Below are positions 58,214-64,000 of a DNA stretch of 64,000 nt, one piece after another. Below the pieces are notes generated by a model. That model was given only the letters and a program-made list of their open reading frames with translations, was not told the DNA's origin and did not search any database. The first letter of the stretch is position 1. Each line of letters begins with the position of its first letter. A program made the translations under genes and the position numbers. Source of the stretch: Lingula anatina (Eukaryota > Animalia > Brachiopoda); contig CM120641.1 in assembly GCA_051362555.1 (NCBI GenBank), forward strand, positions 29,642,401 to 29,706,400, written 5' to 3'.

Positions 58214-59041
58214 TATGCATAGTTAGCCAACAGGTTTGAGATCATACCTATGCCGTCTGTATACACAGGGTGCTTGTGAGCAGTCTTTGTTTTGTGTTCA
58301 GTCACAATTGAGAGTTACACAGTCTTACATAATCATCTCTGCAACTGATAAATTTCAGCTTTACCTTTGTCTCGATCTTGATTTATGAATCGATTTGAAA
58401 GACCTTTTTCTAGATTCCTGGGTCACAGTCGTCTCTGTGCTTGGTTTCTGAAAGCTCCCTGCACATTAGGTAATGCCCACGCCAAATTTGAATGCAATCA
58501 CTTGAGTGTTTCTATCTTAAAATTTGACTTTTCTCGGAGCTGACCGGAGCTGACCAGCGTGCTAAAGTGGGTCACTATAAAGCTTGTCGTCTCATCTGCT
58601 AATAAACACTATAAATAGATATCCTGTGGGGAAATATTCAAGTGGGTCAGCCATATATGACCCTCGGACAAGTTAGTCCCCTATTCAGTATTCTGAATGG
58701 GTGCTGTTTGCCAATTTGAATGATCCAATTTATATCCCCAATAATGGTATCACGGTGTTTCTGGTTTTGGGGGACTGGCTATAAGTTGTAAGTTAATGGA
58801 AAATGTGTTCATTTCTTTGCACTGAAATGCATTCCCAGGCCATGCTGAGGCTGATAATGTTAGCTCCTGTGGTGGGGCTGTTTGATCCATCTTCTGTCTA
58901 AATATTTCTGTAAATAAGACCATCATTTGCAAATTGACTTACTGTACAGTTAATTGACTTCACAGAATCCTGTACAAGTAAGCTGTTTAAATGTGACAAA
59001 GATATTACTGGACCTAAGACTGCATTCACATTCACATATCA

Positions 59042-59162
59042 TCCAACTCTGCAGGAGATTCTTGCTAAAGTGGAATCAGGATAATTGCAACTAAGGGGTA
59101 ATTAAATAACGTTTGCTCATTAAACTGATTGCACTTTTATGAGAATCCTCCGCAGAGTTGGA
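59042..59162. repeat. Imperfect inverted repeat, probably a MITE remnant
   Basis: tccaactctgcaggagattct ... agaatcctccgcagagttgga; the centre aaggggtaattaa is shared with family A. Confidence 0.65.
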
Positions 59163-59286
59163 CTGACCCAGCTTGTACAGTGTGTTAGTCCAAATGCAGG
59201 AAGGAGTGGTAAAGTATAGACATTCAGTTTACATAATGTTCAGAAGATTTTCTTTGCATGTATTTCAGAGGTCATAGACAATCACA

Positions 59287-62200
59287 ATGCCTGCATCACT
59301 GGATGACTATGATGTGATATGCACTATAGGGTCTGGATCCTATGGGACTTGTAAAAAAATCAGGAGGAGGTCAGATGGCAAGGTATTTGTGGTCCATATT
59401 TGAATGTCAGTCTAATGTTTTGTTATAATTTAATTCATAAGTTATAACACAATCACTTTTCTAAATAATCATGCAACGGGAAATTAAACATTAAAGAGCC
59501 TTTTGCTAAAATAGATTTTATTTACCAAAAATATTGATGCTTATTGTTTCCTATACAGTTTAAACCAACACATTTTAAAAACTAGAATCTTTTTAAAAGT
59601 TTTAAACCCCTCCCCAGGTAGGAGTCGGCACTAAGAGTGACATTGGAATTACAATGGATTATTTGTTTCTAAAAGCTCACCTTTAAATATTTCTGTTCTA
59701 ACAGTTAAAACACCAATTAGTGTATTTTATATATTGTTTGTTCTTGATATTCCATACTTTATTAGGTGTTGGTATGGAAAGAAATAGAATATGGAACAAT
59801 GTCGGAAACAGAAAAACAGATGTTGGTATCTGAGGTGAATCTCCTGCGAGAACTGAAACACAAGCATATTGTCAGATACTATGACAGGATCATAGACAGG
59901 ATCTCTACCAAGATTTACATTGTTATGGAGTACTGTGAGGGTGGGGACCTGGCCACTTTGATATCAAAATGCAGGCGCGAGAAGTAAGTAAAATTAACTT
60001 TGGCAGTTGTGTGTGCAGTTCAGAAACAAGAATGAAATAAAAATTGGAAGTGAGCAGATTGTCACTGCATGCACAAACATTTTCTCCAAAACACCTCCCT
60101 TCAATAATTTATTGAAAACTTTACTCAGAAATCATAGTTATCAACAAGATGATATGTAACATAAAACATTTATTTGCCTGGCTTGGTTTTTATATAGCAT
60201 TTTATATTTATCTGTCTTGTGTTTTTCATTTTAAAGATAAATTTGAATGCAGTTTACAATATTTTTTACAGTCGCTATTTAGATGAATCCATGATATGGA
60301 AGATCTTAGTGCAGGTCTTGCAGGCTTTGAAAGAATGTCATCGGAGAAAAGGTGGTCGTGCTGTGCTTCACAGAGATCTGAAACCAGCTAATGTATTTCT
60401 TGATGCCAGCAACAATGTAAAGCTGGGGGACTTTGGTCTTGCCAGGGTGCTACACCATGAAACCAGTTTTGCCAAGACATTTGTAGGGACACCGTACTAC
60501 ATGTCTCCTGTAAGTTGCTTTTCATGACTGATTGATTAATAGAGACATCCTCATAGTAAAATTTTGATATGAATAAGCTTTTTTGAAATTTGCAATATTA
60601 TCAACATACTCTATCATAACAAAGACCAAGTGAATATCAATTTATTTGCAGGAGCAAATGAATTATATGTCCTACAATGAAAAGTCCGACATCTGGTCTC
60701 TTGGCTGCATGGTGTATGAATTGTGTTCCCTCCACCCTCCATTTACTGCAGCTAATCAGAAGGATTTAGCAGTGAGAATCAAGATTGGGAGATTTTCCAG
60801 AATCCCACGACAGTATTCAGATGATCTCAGCAGCATCGTCGATTGTATGCTTAAAGTAGATGTAAGTATAACTATTATGAGCTGATAAAAATGTAATATT
60901 TTGTGAAGATGTCACATAAGCGTGAATTTTGTTTATGATAATGCATTTTTTGTATTTTCAGGGTGACAGGAGGCCAACTATTGATGAGTTGCTGGACAAC
61001 TCTCTAGTCATTCCTAAACTCCCAAATGATCAAAGAAGGGCTGGCACTGGTGACAAGGAATCTTCTCTCAGGCGTAGGGAGAAGATGCTTGACAAAAGAG
61101 AGAAGGAGTTGGACAGTTAGTTTTCAAATATTTCTAGCAGATTGTATAGTTTTGCGCTTGATCAAAGATTATGTCTGTGTACTTTCCTATGATATTAAGT
61201 GAAAAATGTTTTGAACAGCTAACATACAATAAACTTTCCTTTCAGGTAGAGAAAAGAGTATTGCCTTGAAAGAAAAACTAGCTGAAGAAAAACTGAGCAG
61301 GTTTGTATTCATATTCTCTTTGATCAAATTTGTACACACTTTTACATAAACACAAGCCCTATTTTCAATGTAGATAATTGTAAAAAATATCACACAATAG
61401 CAAACCCTGCTCTTTTAAAGTTATATATAAAAACTCTATAAAAGTACTATATGAAAACAAAGGCTTCCATTTTTTTAGTGTTTTAAAACGTGCAGAATGT
61501 TTTTATTGTATTAACTGCATCAATCTAATGACATGATATGTGTTTTTATTTAAGCATGGACATCTATTTATATTTGAAGGGTGTTAGAGCCACTTCTATG
61601 TGAAATACAGATATTCAGTTTGTCGTCATGCTCGTGATTCTAGTGAATTTCTTAGGGCGATAAATTTTTACGAAAGGCCTTAAAGGCTCTAAATCTAAAT
61701 ATGTGCCGACTAGTAGCGGACAGCTACATTTATTGGTCTGAAGTTGTTATCTTTTATGGTCTGAAGTTGTTATCTTTTATGCAGTGCAAGAAAAAGTAAT
61801 TGGAGCATATACATATACAGATGCAAAATAAAATTTGAATAGACATAGTGTAATTTTAAGATCCATTTTGTAAGGGGATAGAGAAGCATACCTTTGTCTT
61901 AAAGCTTCCATTAAAAAGGATATATTTCAGGTATTAATATATCTCTTAATGTTCAACTTAGTAGGAAATTTCAATGTATTAATAATATGACATGTAGCTC
62001 AGTATAATATTTTCAGAGCTGAGGCTTTGATGAGAGACTGCAAACTGAAAAACGTTGACAGCGTTGCTTACAGAGACACAGGTAGGAATGCCAAGCATAG
62101 CCCACAAGCTATAGTGTCACCGCTTTGCAGATTGAACTGTAGTCCACAAGCTAACATATCACCAGTATATAGAGACAAAACTTTGCCAGCAAGAACAAAT

Positions 62201-64000
62201 GATCACTAAAAGATTGCACAACATGCAGACAGTAATGTTAGATGTTCACAATTGACCCTGTTTAAAGACAAAGTATTTCTTCATTTGCTCTACCTATCAA
62301 TCCAACTTAAAGAACATTTGAATGGTCATTACAGATGTTTTTACATAAAATTAAAATTTTGAAAGTCCTTTCACTGGAATGTTGTGCAATGTATAGATAA
62401 ATGTCTTCAGAACACTTTGAATTGTTATGTTTTGTAACTCATTGTATTCATATTGTACAAGGGGGTGAACTCTCACAAGGTATGTTGAGTAGATAAATAA
62501 GTCTTGGATTATGTGTTCACAGAATAATAACCTGTGTGTTTCCGTCCCAAACATGCCCAATAACATGACCCAAGTGCTGTGATTTAAGTGAACATTAAAA
62601 TATTAAATACATCAAGGTCACAAAATGCACAGTTTTTTTGGGGGGGCATTCAGTAGCTCATCACCCAGCCCATATTTTTGGCACAATAAAACGAGATCGG
62701 CTGCCAAGACATTCCAACCTACTCAACGTAGTGAGGTTTTTTCAGTTCACCCCTTTGCTGCTTGTTAACTTTGTTTGATTCATTAATACGCATGTAGGCA
62801 TTACACCTGTATTTCATATCTGTTACATGTGCACTTAATTTTTTTGTTGCTTCATGAATCCCTTTTTTCATGTAGAAGTTGATATAGTGATAGTTGCATT
62901 TAGCTGTAGTTTAGCCTAACCCTCTTAGTTTAATTTATTTATATGTTTGAATAATATATTTGTTTAATTTGACAGTAAACTCTTCATGCAACAGTGGGCT
63001 TATTGCTATTTTTGTAAATTCCTTGACATCGTATTAATAACCTCGTGCAGTTTCCTTGCATTTGTGTGAAGTAGTTGGTTTTTTCTTGGCTTATTGTTAA
63101 CAGTAGTTGGTTTTTTCTTGGCTTATTGTTAACAGTAGTTTTCCTTCTGCTTGCTTTAAAATTGCTTTCAACTGATGTGCTTTATGCACAACACGTTCAG
63201 TTCATTTTGTAATATTACTTTCTACTAATTAAGTGTAAATTTGATTGTTTCCTTTCTGTTGAAGTTACCTTTGATTTGTTATTCTGTGCATCTTACATGG
63301 AATAAAATAGTATGCATATGCTAAGAAAGTTTTTTGTTTTTATTAAGGTAAATTTAGCAGATCATATTTAATTTTAGATCTTGGTACATCAAAGTCCCAT
63401 GTAAAAGTAAAGTTTTGAATTCACCTCTTGTAATATACCCAATTTGATTAAAATGAGATTTGTGCTAAAATGACTTAAATCATCTTTCACAGGTCTACCC
63501 TTCTAATTTTTTATCTGTACAGACTTTTTTATAAAGATAAGAGAGGTGTTTAGTAATTGTCATTCGACTACGGAAAAATTTCATTTTAAGGGGGAAAATT
63601 AAACGTAGCCATTTACCTCAAAAACACCATATAAGACAGCAAAATTGACCAGAGATATGAATAAAAGCGGGAATGGAAGAGAAACTTGACCAATATATCA
63701 CAATCGATACTGAAACCCTCTCATCAAGAAAACATCCCCTTGGTGCATTAATTGCTCCCCCAACAAAACATTTTCATGGACTCTACTGAAGATGCAACGA
63801 TTCAATTCAGTTAAAACCAATTTGGCATAAAATTTCTGATTTTAGACATACTTAAATTGACTGGTATCTCTATAAATTTCAGATATTGAGTACAAGATAC
63901 TGCCACCATGTTTGGTTCACAACAGAAAAGAAGACAGCCCTAAAAAGCAGGTCACATTCAGCTTTATTGACCAGGAAAATTCAGAACCAGACTTGGAGAG
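59287..64000 (+). CDS. NEK2: NIMA-related Ser/Thr kinase NEK2; exons 59287-59382, 59766-59983, 60272-60509, 60652-60861, 60962-61115, 61246-61300, 62017-62081, 63883->64000 (runs off the window)
   Basis: MPASLDDYDVICTIGSGSYGTCKKIRRRSDGK|VLVWKEIEYGTMSETEKQMLVSEVNLLRELKH..HRDLKPAN..DFG..FAKTFVGTPYYMSP|EQMN..NEKSDIWSLGC closely matches vertebrate NEK2; coiled coil and KKQVTF PP1 motif follow; all splice phases agree. Confidence 0.96.

Larger units (their letters stand above)
53517..58571 (-). mobile_element. Full-length, apparently intact non-LTR retrotransposon (two ORFs; Proto2/RTEX-like, clade not certain)
   Basis: ORF1 and ORF2 uninterrupted; short 3' UTR ending AATAAATCAATT; candidate TSD TCACTATA at 53509-53516 and 58572-58579; lies antisense in NEK2 intron 1. 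Confidence 0.92.
53458..58704. mobile_element. Palindromic family-B MITE split by the LINE (arms about 53458-53513 and 58641-58704)
   Basis: cccattcaaaataggggactaactagtttgaagatcaaatatggcaactcact is the inverted match of agtgggtcagccatatatgaccctcggacaagttagtcccctattcagtattctgaatggg. Confidence 0.8.

Noticed and set aside
61735-63140. Short exact tandem duplications (23 bp near 61735-61780; 32 bp near 63071-63140)
   Set aside because: Ordinary slippage duplications in intron or UTR sequence
1-64000. tRNA, rRNA or other structured RNA genes
   Set aside because: None recognisable by eye; the hairpins found are explained by MITE or Helentron ends. An Infernal/tRNAscan run would be needed to exclude small ncRNAs.

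Overview
AT-rich, intron-rich animal genomic DNA; a lophotrochozoan such as a mollusc is my guess from the repeat types. It is not prokaryotic, so most short ORFs in the track are exons or noise. From left to right: (1) a >12-kb Mutator-superfamily (FLYWCH-MULE, Phantom/Foldback-like) DNA transposon bounded by inverted 16-bp repeat arrays, with a 4-exon transposase carrying a 1-nt frameshift and decayed cargo; (2) an unnamed minus-strand gene for a disordered protein ending in two TM helices, with its 3' end unresolved; (3) a full-length ZFYVE26/spastizin gene of about 44 exons on the minus strand, which appears to contain a DUF547-like domain; (4) NEK2 on the plus strand, head-to-head with ZFYVE26 through a ~250-bp promoter with two CCAAT boxes 32 bp apart and a CDE/CHR element, and running off the window end; (5) in NEK2 intron 1, an intact two-ORF LINE (APE-RT-zinc knuckle) nested in a palindromic MITE. 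In this LINE, ORF1 and ORF2 are in one frame separated by a single TAG followed by a stem-loop, with no AUG before the endonuclease, which suggests stop-codon readthrough. Introns also hold Helentron-type non-autonomous elements, Kolobok-like and Harbinger-like MITEs, and microsatellites. All exon boundaries and homologies were read by eye; no database search was run.
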